Shown here piece by piece: positions 20,591-29,626 of a stretch of DNA of 64,000 nt. The notes under the pieces are model-generated. The model worked only from the letters and a program-made list of their open reading frames with translations, ran no database searches and was not told the DNA's origin. The translations under genes and the position numbers were made by a program. Each line of letters starts with the position of its first letter. Position 1 is the stretch's first letter. The stretch is from an uncultured delta proteobacterium (GTDB taxonomy: Bacteria > Myxococcota_A > Polyangia > Fen-1088), in contig CAWCMR010000005.1 in NCBI GenBank assembly GCA_963796685.1, forward strand, positions 1 through 64,000, written 5' to 3'.

Positions 20591-20977
20591 GTGCGTGACC
20601 TCTTTCGGGCCATGAAGAAGGATAGGGATGGGCAGCCAGTGATTGAACGCTCTGCTCGCGGACTTGGCGTTCGCGTGGACGGCGGACGGCCCGACATCCG
20701 TCGCGGCTCAGACGGCAATGTCCGTCCCGAGTCCGGTGGGATGTCCGTCGTGCTCGATCACGCGGCGAACCTCCCAAGGCACCGCCTTCCGGCTGAGCTC
20801 GGGGGCGTTGGCCGGGATCCGGTATTCAGGATTTCGGAGGAGGCCATCCCGGCGACGCTATCGCTGCGGGTCGCCGGCCACCCCCACGCACTGGTCGAAC
20901 CGCGCGCGATTCGCATGCTTGCCGAGTACGAGAAGGACCTTGCCAGCACGCGCCCAGCATGGGAGTCCGTCTCATGA
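20591..20977 (+). CDS. Putative Tse2-like ADP-ribosyltransferase-fold toxin
   Basis: LFRAM...LGVR...GGMSV...LPRHRLP..GG.GRDPV...HALVEP...YE..LA.TR..W pattern recalled from Tse2-like proteins; not searched. Confidence 0.55.
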   Translation: MRDLFRAMKKDRDGQPVIERSARGLGVRVDGGRPDIRRGSDGNVRPESGGMSVVLDHAANLPRHRLPAELGGVGRDPVFRISEEAIPATLSLRVAGHPHALVEPRAIRMLAEYEKDLASTRPAWESVS

Positions 20978-21243
20978 GCGAACGGCCTGGACGGTATCGA
21001 GAATTCGAGATTCGCCTCCTGCACACGCGCTGGGTCCATGGCGGCCAAGAGTCGGCGGAAGAGGATGCCTTACTCGAAGAGATGGACGATCTCTGGTGGA
21101 AACTTACTGAGCAGGAGCGCGAGAGCCTCCGGAAGGATCCGTTGCCCGAAGGGCCCGTCGAGACTCAACCTGCGCGACTTGCAGATCGCGACGTATGGCA
21201 CGAGCACTCCGAGGCACCTCGAATTCCACGGGAGGCCGCCTGA
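20974..21243 (+). CDS. Small acidic protein, candidate antitoxin
   Basis: ATGA overlap with the upstream ORF; acidic helix EEDALLEEMDDLWWKL. Confidence 0.5.
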   Translation: MSERPGRYREFEIRLLHTRWVHGGQESAEEDALLEEMDDLWWKLTEQERESLRKDPLPEGPVETQPARLADRDVWHEHSEAPRIPREAA

Positions 21244-21995
21244 TGTATGCGACGGCTCAAAGGGTGCGCAAAACGAAGGGTGGCGAGGGCGCCATCAACG
21301 CGTTTCTGTACATCCATTCGCCCGGCGACCTTGCGATGACCGAAGCTGGTCCAGACATCGAAAAGATAACGAGCGCCAATACTGGGCGGCTAGCTCTGAG
21401 AATCGAAAACCTCCCGTCCGGCGGCAACGAGGTTCTGAGCTACCTCGACGTCGCCACGGATGAAAAGACGCCCAACGAACTCATCGTTGCGGCGCTGACG
21501 AAGTTGGCGCAGAGCCTCCCTCGGAGCCTCCCCGCCGCGAGCGTCCTCGGCGGAGTAGCCGTGAGATTCGGAGCCGTCCTCGGAACGCGTTGGCAACACG
21601 AGGAGTACGGGCACCTTCGTGATGGCATCCTTATAATGCTTCGCGCCATGGCGCCAGCCACGCCCAGTGAACCGCGTCCGGAACCGTTCCTCATCCGCAC
21701 CACAGTGGACGAGGAGGGAACGACCTATGCGCTAGACGAGGGCAGCTCTCGCCGGGTACAGGCGCTGCACCTTGGGATGTTCGCGTGCGCTCGTCTCGGA
21801 GTTACCCACGAAAGCAAGAGCGACTTCCAGCGGCTGGTTGGAGACCTACACGCCGAAGTCGCTCAGGCACTCACCGGTCTATCTCTGGACCAGATCGAAA
21901 CCCTTGGTGGCTTGCGCATCGTCAAGGATGCGACCGAAGAGGAAATTTGGTCGACGAGAGCTGGGCTCGCAACCTTGAGAGCAGACGACCCGTAG
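21243..21995 (+). CDS. Hypothetical protein
   Basis: 250-aa ORF coupled by a TGATG overlap. Confidence 0.55.
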   Translation: MYATAQRVRKTKGGEGAINAFLYIHSPGDLAMTEAGPDIEKITSANTGRLALRIENLPSGGNEVLSYLDVATDEKTPNELIVAALTKLAQSLPRSLPAASVLGGVAVRFGAVLGTRWQHEEYGHLRDGILIMLRAMAPATPSEPRPEPFLIRTTVDEEGTTYALDEGSSRRVQALHLGMFACARLGVTHESKSDFQRLVGDLHAEVAQALTGLSLDQIETLGGLRIVKDATEEEIWSTRAGLATLRADDP

Positions 21996-22001
21996 CGTAG
22001 G

Positions 22002-22913
22002 TCACACCTCGGGTGGGGCGGTATCCCGCCGGAATCCCTCGGTGAGCACCAGGATGCCTCCGAGGATTCCTTGGAAGATGAACGTCGAAAAGAACAGCAG
22101 TGAAGCCGCCACTGCGGCCACCTGGGGAACGCCAGCCATTCCGAAAAAGTAGGCAAACAGGGCCTCGCGTTGCCCGAGGGCACCAGGAGTCACGGGTATG
22201 TAGCTGAGCAGAATGACTGCGGGCCCGAACATGAGAGCCACGCTCACCGCATGGAGGAAGGGCAGTGGGTGCAGCATCAGGGCAACGCACAGGAGGGTTA
22301 GTAGCTGGGTCAGTACGGACATCCCAATGGCGATCGTCAACCCCGTCAGCGATGGCCTTGGAGGCAGCTTTTCGACCATGCGGCCCAGCGTCGGCAACCG
22401 CCGCGTGAGGCGCCGCAGCCCCTCGTTGCGCGCAAGTGCCCAGGGCAGCCCGAGCAGCGCGAACGCTGCGACCAGCGCCGCAACTGTGCCGATATTCATG
22501 GCTACCATGACCGGTCCTCGGTGAAGATCGCGGCTATGAAACACGGCAGTTGCCGCGACGAGGAGCAGACCCACCAGACCGCAGACACGTTCGACCATCA
22601 CGGCGGCGTATGAGGCGGCCTTGGAGGAGACCTCGTTCCGCAGCCGATAGCCGCGCAGAACATCTCCCCCGACCCCTCCCGGCAGCAGATTGTAGAAGCA
22701 TCCCACAAAGTTGTGGTGCAGAAGCTCGGTAAACGCGGGAACCTGCTTCGCGCCATATCCACGCAGCAATATCCGCCAGCGCCAGGTGGCTATGAGAGTC
22801 GCACAGAGCACGAGCGTGATCCCACCCGCGAGAGAAGCAAGACCTGCATGGCGGGCGCGTTCAAACACGTCTCCCAGGTTGACGTGGCCGAGGATCCAGG
22901 CGGCCGGCACCAC
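22002..22913 (-). CDS. Lysylphosphatidylglycerol synthase TM / flippase-like membrane protein; start uncertain
   Basis: WRWRILL, NLLPGGVGGDVLR, ERVCGL, PVTPGALGQRE. Confidence 0.82.
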   Translation of the reverse strand: MVPAAWILGHVNLGDVFERARHAGLASLAGGITLVLCATLIATWRWRILLRGYGAKQVPAFTELLHHNFVGCFYNLLPGGVGGDVLRGYRLRNEVSSKAASYAAVMVERVCGLVGLLLVAATAVFHSRDLHRGPVMVAMNIGTVAALVAAFALLGLPWALARNEGLRRLTRRLPTLGRMVEKLPPRPSLTGLTIAIGMSVLTQLLTLLCVALMLHPLPFLHAVSVALMFGPAVILLSYIPVTPGALGQREALFAYFFGMAGVPQVAAVAASLLFFSTFIFQGILGGILVLTEGFRRDTAPPEV

Positions 22914-23063
22914 GAAGAGGACAAGGCGAATCGCCAGGCCTCGCCAGCCCTTCCAAAGTTGCGCCCAGTGCCTCGGTTCCCTATCGGCTCGCTTGATCGC
23001 TTCCAGGATCCTCCTTCTCTTCTTCGAGCGGCGTCACTACGCCCGTTGCCGGGTCGTAGTCCT

Positions 23064-24824
23064 TCAGCCAGTAATCCCAATCCCATGCTCGAACGCAATT
23101 GGCAGCGTAGACCCTGCGCCCGGCACCATACCTCGCAACAACCGCAAGATCCTTCGCGAGCTCTCATGGCGCGGGAACAACACGTCGTCGTCGAATGTGG
23201 GCGAGGGCAAGGGTGGCCAGTAAGTCCAACTCGCCGCTGGAACTGAGCTCGGGTTGGAGCTGACGAACACGATGGCGTTGTGGATCTTGTAGGCGCGGGC
23301 CAGGTCATCGCACGCACCGGCGTCGCGGCCTGCGTGCGCCAATTCTCCCCACGCGGTTGGCCAGAAGACGATCAGTGCCGCGACCCATTGGCTCAGTATG
23401 AGCGCGGGAACCGCCCAGCGCAAACGCGGAAGCGCGGTGCGCAGCTCATCGTGTGCATGCACCGCGAGGAGGGCAATCCACCCCAACAGCAGGGGCATCA
23501 GCGCAAGGTAGTAGACGGGACCCGTCGTCTGGACGCTCGACCCGGCATAGAGAAAATAGCCGGCCGCGTATAGGCCGATGGGGATTGCCGGCGCCCATAG
23601 CCGCTTCTTGCCCTCACCTGTACCCAGAAGGAGTCCGAGGACTAGGCCGAACAAAAGGGGGCCGCCCATGGCGTAGAAGCCAATCCGCACCATCACCGTA
23701 AGAGTCTTCGACGCGGCGATTCCCGGCGTGTGTGGGAAGCCGAATGGCCCCTTGCCAAACCCCATCGTCGTGAAGCCATGGCCCTCGTTGACCAGCCAGT
23801 AGCCCGAATGTCGCCAGTCACCACTGACCGCATGATTGATCAACGGATGCAGGGCTAGCAGCGGTAATGCGACGAGAATGCCCGGCCATAGCCGTTTCAG
23901 GACGCGACCGAGCTGACCGCGTTCGCGGATGAGGAGGATCACCGCAGCACCCATCGACACTACGAAGATGTCAAGGGGACGGGTGTGGGTGGCCACACCA
24001 ACGCTCACCCCAAGCGCAATCTGGGCACGCCAGCTCTTGCGCTTTGTGAGCACTATCAACGACCAAAGCGCAACGCTGACACAGGCGGCGCTCAGGTTGG
24101 CGTTGTGCAGAGTCGCCCCGGTCAAAACGACCATGGGGCTTGTCGCCATCAAGGCCGCGGTCGCGAGGCCCACTCGGACGTCTCCTGAATACTCTCGCGC
24201 AGCTTCGGCTGTGACGTAGACCGTGACCGCCAACAAGAGAAGGGGCATGACCCAAGGACAGCCGATCAGCACGCCGGGAACCAGCATCACGGCAGGGGCC
24301 CAAAAGTACTGTCCGCTCCACTGTCCCGGCTTCCCGACGATAAAGGATTCCCAGAACGCTTGGGCTTCGGGGGAAACCTTGATCGATAGCTTTCCCATCG
24401 TCAGGAGCTTGGCTTGGAAGAGGTACGTCTTCTCGTCCTCGGTGAGGGCGTGGAGCCCTGTCGCGGTTCGCAGCACGATGGCTGCCGCAGCGACGCCAAG
24501 CAAGGCGAATGCGACCGCTGCCAGCCGTGGCCGAGCCATGAAGTCTCGAAGCTTGTCTTCCCATCTAGGCGGCCATTTCCGCGAGAGCGCGATTGTCAGC
24601 GAGATCAAGATGGCCAACTGAACCACAAAGGCTGTCGCGTAGAACCCTGCTTCGTACGGGCTGAAGTTAACGAGTGCGCTCGTGCTATATCCAAGCACCT
24701 GCTGACGACCGCCGATAAAGTGCCACCCGACGAACCAAAGCACGAGCAATACCGCGGGCACAGCCACCAACGCCGCGCTGCGCATACCAGTGAATCTAGG
24801 CAGCTCTTGAGGCATCTCTGCCAC
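23064..24824 (-). CDS. Multi-pass membrane protein, probable GT-C glycosyltransferase
   Basis: Many hydrophobic segments, EDEKTYLFQA loop motif, TRP motif. Confidence 0.65.
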   Translation of the reverse strand: MAEMPQELPRFTGMRSAALVAVPAVLLVLWFVGWHFIGGRQQVLGYSTSALVNFSPYEAGFYATAFVVQLAILISLTIALSRKWPPRWEDKLRDFMARPRLAAVAFALLGVAAAAIVLRTATGLHALTEDEKTYLFQAKLLTMGKLSIKVSPEAQAFWESFIVGKPGQWSGQYFWAPAVMLVPGVLIGCPWVMPLLLLAVTVYVTAEAAREYSGDVRVGLATAALMATSPMVVLTGATLHNANLSAACVSVALWSLIVLTKRKSWRAQIALGVSVGVATHTRPLDIFVVSMGAAVILLIRERGQLGRVLKRLWPGILVALPLLALHPLINHAVSGDWRHSGYWLVNEGHGFTTMGFGKGPFGFPHTPGIAASKTLTVMVRIGFYAMGGPLLFGLVLGLLLGTGEGKKRLWAPAIPIGLYAAGYFLYAGSSVQTTGPVYYLALMPLLLGWIALLAVHAHDELRTALPRLRWAVPALILSQWVAALIVFWPTAWGELAHAGRDAGACDDLARAYKIHNAIVFVSSNPSSVPAASWTYWPPLPSPTFDDDVLFPRHESSRRILRLLRGMVPGAGSTLPIAFEHGIGITG

Positions 24825-24870
24825 TTATATCAGTCCACAAATGTGAACTGAAGTTATAGTGAGTCGTGCT

Positions 24871-25815
24871 GCCACCGAAGGCATCAACCTGGTCGCGCAA
24901 AGCTACGGCGGCAGCCGCATCGGCGCGGGGGACGAGATCCTCATCACCGCCATGGAGCACCATTCGAACATCGTGCCGTGGCAGATGCTGTGTCAGGAGC
25001 GTGGCGCGACCTTGAAGGTCGCGCCCATGGACGACAACGGGGATCTGATCGTCCCCGAGTACGAAAAACTCCTCGGTGGCCGAACCAAGCTGGTGGCCTT
25101 CACCCTGGTCTCGAACGCGCTCGGCACGGTCAACCCGGCCAAGGCCATGATCGAAGCCGCGCATCGCGTGGGTGCCCAGGTCCTGGTCGACGCGGCTCAG
25201 TCCGTCCCCCATCGCGCCGTCGACGTGCGCGAGCTCGACTGCGATTTTCTCGTCTTTTCGGGCCACAAGATTTACGGCCCCACCGGCATCGGCGTGCTCT
25301 ATGGCAAGCAACACCTGCTGGAGGCGATGCCGCCCTGGCAAGGGGGCGGCGACATGATCATGTCCGTGACCTTCGAGCGGACCACCTACGCGCCGCCGCC
25401 GGCCAAGTTCGAGGCCGGCACACCCGCCATCAACGGCGCCATCGCCCTCGGCGCCGCCATCGAATACGTCGAGTCGTTCGGCATGGCGGCCATCGAGCGC
25501 TACGAGGCCGAGCTTCTCGCCTACGCGGAAGCGGCGTTGAGCAAGCTCCCCGGCCTGCGCCTCATCGGCAAGCCCAAGCACCGGGCCGGCGCCATCTCCT
25601 TCATGCTGGGCGACATCCATCCCCACGACCTCGGGACCGTGCTGGATCGCTATGGCGTCGCCATTCGCGCCGGACACCACTGCGCCCAGCCCACCATGAA
25701 ACGCATGGGCGTGCCGGGAACCGCGCGCGCCTCGTTCGCCTTCTACAACAAGCCCGAAGAGGTCGACACCTTGGTCGACTGCCTCACGGAGGCCCAGAAA
25801 GTGTTCCACCCATGA
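24871..25815 (+). pseudogene. sufS: 5'-truncated sufS, copy 3 (from native position 5160)
   Basis: Homology begins at GCCACCGAAGG; open frame from a cargo-derived GTG at 24859. Confidence 0.9.
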
Positions 25816-26288
25816 ACGAGCTCAACGACCTCTACCAGGAAGTGATCCTCGATCACCAGCGCAACCCGCGCAACTACGCCAAGTTGCCCACGGCCAACCA
25901 CCAGGCCGAGGGCGCCAATCCCCTGTGCGGCGATCACGTCACCGTGTACCTCGACGTCAAGGACGGGGTCATCCGCGACATCAGCTTCCAAGGCGAGGGC
26001 TGCGCCATCGCCAAGGCGTCGGCGTCCATGATGACGTCGGTGGTGAAGGGAAAGTCGCTGGCCGACGCCTCCGAGACCTTCAAGCGCTTCCACCAGATGA
26101 TCACCGGCGGCCAGGATCCCTGCTTCGATCTCGAAGACCTGGGCAAGCTCGCCGCCTTCTCCGGCGTGAGCGCGTTCCCCGTGCGGGTCAAGTGCGCGAG
26201 CCTCGCCTGGCACACCTTGAACGCGGCCATGCACGAAACCACGCCCCCGCCCGCCGGAGGCGAGCCCAACAAGGAGCCCCAGAAGTGA
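25812..26288 (+). CDS. sufU: SufU copy 3
   Basis: Intact ORF MNELNDLYQE..., variant C-terminal tail. Confidence 0.9.
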   Translation: MNELNDLYQEVILDHQRNPRNYAKLPTANHQAEGANPLCGDHVTVYLDVKDGVIRDISFQGEGCAIAKASASMMTSVVKGKSLADASETFKRFHQMITGGQDPCFDLEDLGKLAAFSGVSAFPVRVKCASLAWHTLNAAMHETTPPPAGGEPNKEPQK

Positions 26289-26680
26289 CGGCGACGCCCG
26301 ACCCCCAGCGCGCACCCGACCCACCACCTGACCCGCCATCGGGCTCCACCGACAACGATGCGGCCACCGTCCAGTTGGAGAGCCTGGTGTGGCAGGAGCT
26401 ACGCGAGTGCTACGACCCGGAGATCCCGGTCAACATCGTGGAGCTGGGGCTCGTCTACGCCATGCGCTCCGAGCCCCTGCCCGAAGGCGGCCACCGGGTC
26501 GAGGTCCTCATGACCGTGACCTCACCCGCCTGTGGCATGTCCGAGATCCTGCGCACCGAGGCCGACGAACGCATCCGCAAGCTGCCCGGCGTCGCCCAGG
26601 TCGAGGTGGCCATCACCTTCGACCCGCCCTGGACCCCCGAGCTGATGAGCGACGACGCGCGGATGATGCTGAATTTGTGA
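26285..26680 (+). CDS. sufT: SufT copy 3
   Basis: Intact ORF with a shorter Pro-rich leader. Confidence 0.85.
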   Translation: MTATPDPQRAPDPPPDPPSGSTDNDAATVQLESLVWQELRECYDPEIPVNIVELGLVYAMRSEPLPEGGHRVEVLMTVTSPACGMSEILRTEADERIRKLPGVAQVEVAITFDPPWTPELMSDDARMMLNL

Positions 26681-27101
26681 CCAGCCCCTCGGCCTGGAAC
26701 GCTATATTTCTTGGTCCGAACTTTTGCGCCGCACCTTCGGGTTCGAAATCGCCTGCCAGAAATGTAAGGCCCCGCTCCGCCTGATCGCACTCATCAAGAG
26801 CGAGGACATCGCCAAGAAGATCCTGACCGCGATGCACCTGCCAACGGAGATCCCGGAGCTACGCCCAGCGCGCCCGCCGCCCCTGAAGGCGGGTGGCAGC
26901 GCTGACTGGCTGAACTGAACACGACCTCTCCGGGGCTGTGATGGGGTGGACTACGCCTTGTGATTGAGACAGCCCGTTCGGCACCCGAATCGCGCCATCA
27001 AACCCGCTCCGTAGGGCACTCCAGGCGCACGCGAAGGTGTGGTGGCACAGGGCGGCACGGGTTTTCGGACCGGAAATACCCCCTTCGATTCGCTTATGCA
27101 C
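26681..27101 (+). mobile_element. Minimal non-autonomous ISCR derivative lacking native 7007-8421
   Basis: Junction GGAACGC|TATATTTC at about 26702; right end intact. Confidence 0.88.
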
Positions 27102-27385
27102 CCTGTACCCCAGCCCCAGCACCCACTTGTGCCGCAGGATCTCTCGTGTCTTTTGCATGGACAGTCTTTCCGTGGCCATTGGCTCTCCTCACGGAGGCCA
27201 GGTGGCCCGCAAAAACATCCAGCTTCACTTCGTTCCGACCCTCCCGGTCCGCCGTCACCCCTTCTCCCCTGATTCGCGCACGCCGTCACCGGCGTTCACG
27301 AGGGCCGATCTAGCCGTTCACGATGGTCCGATCTTCGCGTTCACGATGGTCCGATCCTCGCGTTCACGATGGCCCGAAATTCGCA
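27102..27385 (-). mobile_element. IS21-family left end with a truncated istA start
   Basis: Minus strand begins TGCGAATTTC, followed by four ~23-bp repeats and MATERLSMQKTREILR; cut at the ISCR end. Confidence 0.75.
27293..27385. repeat. Four tandem 22-23 bp repeats CGTTCACGATGGTCCGATC (IS21 end repeats)
   Basis: Units start at 27293, 27315, 27338 and 27361. Confidence 0.85.
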
Positions 27386-28265
27386 CCATCAGCAGCATCG
27401 TCACGATGCTGGTGCGCAGGCCGTAGAACGCTGGACCGATGTTGCCCCACACCTCGCGGGCCACATCCAGAACGCCGGTCGCCAGCAGGGCCGGAAGTGC
27501 CAGCAACACCCCGGCATGCGCCACTGCATCTCCGTCGCGGAACATCGGCGCGGCGTCGTCGATAAGGCCCAAGTACGCCAGCAAGCGATCCCAGCGCCGG
27601 TCTGCCGGGTCGTCGTCCATCGTGAATGGCAGGTCGGCGGGTGCAGACGCTGACGTAGAACCGGACAGGTTTGGGTCCGCACCTGACGTCATCTCGTCTC
27701 TCGGAGTCTCGACGGGAAGCGTTTGCAAACCGGACACATTTGGGTCCGCACCCGGCGTTTCCATCGCCACAAGCGGCAGCGAGATCTGCTCCGCCTCGGG
27801 CGTCTTCCACCCCAGCCGTCGCAGCCGTTTCCGCACCGCTTTCTCGTCGCACCCGAGTCGCCGTTCGATCTCGCGATTCGAGTAGCCACGCGTCTTCAGC
27901 CCTGCGACCTCTCGATCTCTGGCGCGACTGCGGTGCTTGCCCTTCGGGTACCCTGCCGCACGGCCAAGGGCCGCGAGGCCAGCTTCGTCGTAGCGCTGCT
28001 GAGCCCGCCGCACGGTGCGCACGTCACAGTCGAACGCCCGCGCTACCTCCACCTGCTGCGCCCACCCGTGCTCGACCAGCATCACCATGGCGTTGGCCGC
28101 TGCCGGCCGGTCGTCGTCGGTGAAATGCGCCACTGGAAGCCCCGACACCAGCACCACCAGAGCAGAACCTTCCCGTCGAACTTGGCATCGCCCATTGACG
28201 AACACCACGTCGGAGCCGCCGGGCTCCGGCGGAAATAGATCGCCTTGCACTGGGAATTTCCCCAT
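27386..28265 (-). pseudogene. N-terminal part of a putative transposase with HTH domains, interrupted by IS21
   Basis: HTH-like QVEVARAFDCDVRTVRR and GYSNREIERRLG; IGPAFYGLRT segment. Confidence 0.6.
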
Positions 28266-28397
28266 GCACCCACGCTCGCGCGTGCTGGCTCCTGATGCAC
28301 GTCAGAACGGAAAAACCGGACACATTTGGGTCCGCACCCACCACCTCCCGAATCCCAGCGATTACGCCGACTTTCCCCCCTCTATGTCAGGAGGTCT

Positions 28398-28491
28398 GGA
28401 CTCACAGGTCCTCGTTGATGGCGGAGGCAAGGTGCTCGCCAATCCCGGAGGTGTGTCAGTCACAGGAACCGAGGTCAAGCTCAACGCCTGA
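28398..28491 (+). pseudogene. Possible C-terminal remnant of a VgrG-like spike gene
   Basis: Ends ...GGVSVTGTEVKLNA*, next to T6SS accessory genes. Confidence 0.4.
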
Positions 28492-28510
28492 AATCTGAAG
28501 GCCTTGGAAA

Positions 28511-29122
28511 CTATCGGGGCTCTATGCTCAGAACTGTCTTGGTCCTTGGCAGATAGTAGAGGATGTATTCGCCATCATCTCGAAGTTGAGGCGCCTCAAA
28601 ACGCGGAAACCAAAAGTCCGTTTTTGCCAGGGTCACTGTGATCCCAGAGTTTGCATGGCCGCCGTAAGACCGCTCCTTTCGGCCGGTAATCGAAATGACT
28701 TGAGATCGATACAGATCACGCCCAAGTTGGAAAGCCAAAAATCCCTCGTAGACTGCAAACACTGCCACGGACAGCGAAACGACAAGCCACTTGGCTTCGC
28801 GTGGTGCCAGGAAAGTTCCAAGGAGAGCAAGGAGGAATACCAAGGTAAATATGCAGTCCTTCACCAATCGCCATCCAAGTCTGTCCCTCTGCGCTTTCGC
28901 GAGGTGCCCCGCTTGATTGGTTTTCAGGTCCTCCAGACTGAAGTGCATGACGGTCGCCAATGCAGCCAGCTCAGAATCCATCCCTTGAGTCATTGGAGTT
29001 CCAACAGTCGAATCCGATTTCGAGCAGCTCTTCGATTGAAGTCCAATTCCTATCAGCGCCAATACCCCAACGATTGGGAGCACGAAAACTAACCGCCGAT
29101 CAATGTTTCCAAACAATGACAT
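28511..29122 (-). CDS. Hypothetical membrane protein
   Basis: Three hydrophobic segments; C-terminus YYLPRTKTVLSIEP. Confidence 0.6.
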   Translation of the reverse strand: MSLFGNIDRRLVFVLPIVGVLALIGIGLQSKSCSKSDSTVGTPMTQGMDSELAALATVMHFSLEDLKTNQAGHLAKAQRDRLGWRLVKDCIFTLVFLLALLGTFLAPREAKWLVVSLSVAVFAVYEGFLAFQLGRDLYRSQVISITGRKERSYGGHANSGITVTLAKTDFWFPRFEAPQLRDDGEYILYYLPRTKTVLSIEPR

Positions 29123-29626
29123 GTTGAACTTCCTCCAGCAACCGTGGAGGAGGCGGCACATCGAGCAGCAGCTCGGCTCCCCATACGAGACACACGCGAT
29201 CTTGGTCCGGCTCTATTAGAAGCGTTCGCAGTTTCGGCTGCAATTCCTCAGCCTTCTTGCCTGGCAGACGAACGCCGATTTGAGGATGGGCGGCAGGTAG
29301 CGCAAACGTCCAGAGACGCTCATTCGGATGCAAGTTCAAGAGCTCAACTCTGGTCCGATCCATCATGTCATCGGCCCGCATTCCAATGGCGGATGACTGG
29401 CACATACGAACGTCGCGACGATCTGGCATTGTGGTTGGCTCCGCGACCGTGTCAACGCGAAGCCATTTCTCGCGAACCTCGACAAAGTCCTCCGGGGACA
29501 ACCGGGTGTAGTCGTAGAGAGGAAGGGGCAGGCCAATTTGTGCGCTACGCGGGAAGTAGTTGTACGGCAACCAACCGAAACTCGCGACTTTCGGTCCCGT
29601 GGGCCAACGAAGGAAGTCCCCCCTAG

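Noticed and set aside
27293-27385. Possible mini CRISPR array
   Set aside because: Repeats are contiguous with no unique spacers, no cas genes are present, and they lie at an IS21-like end
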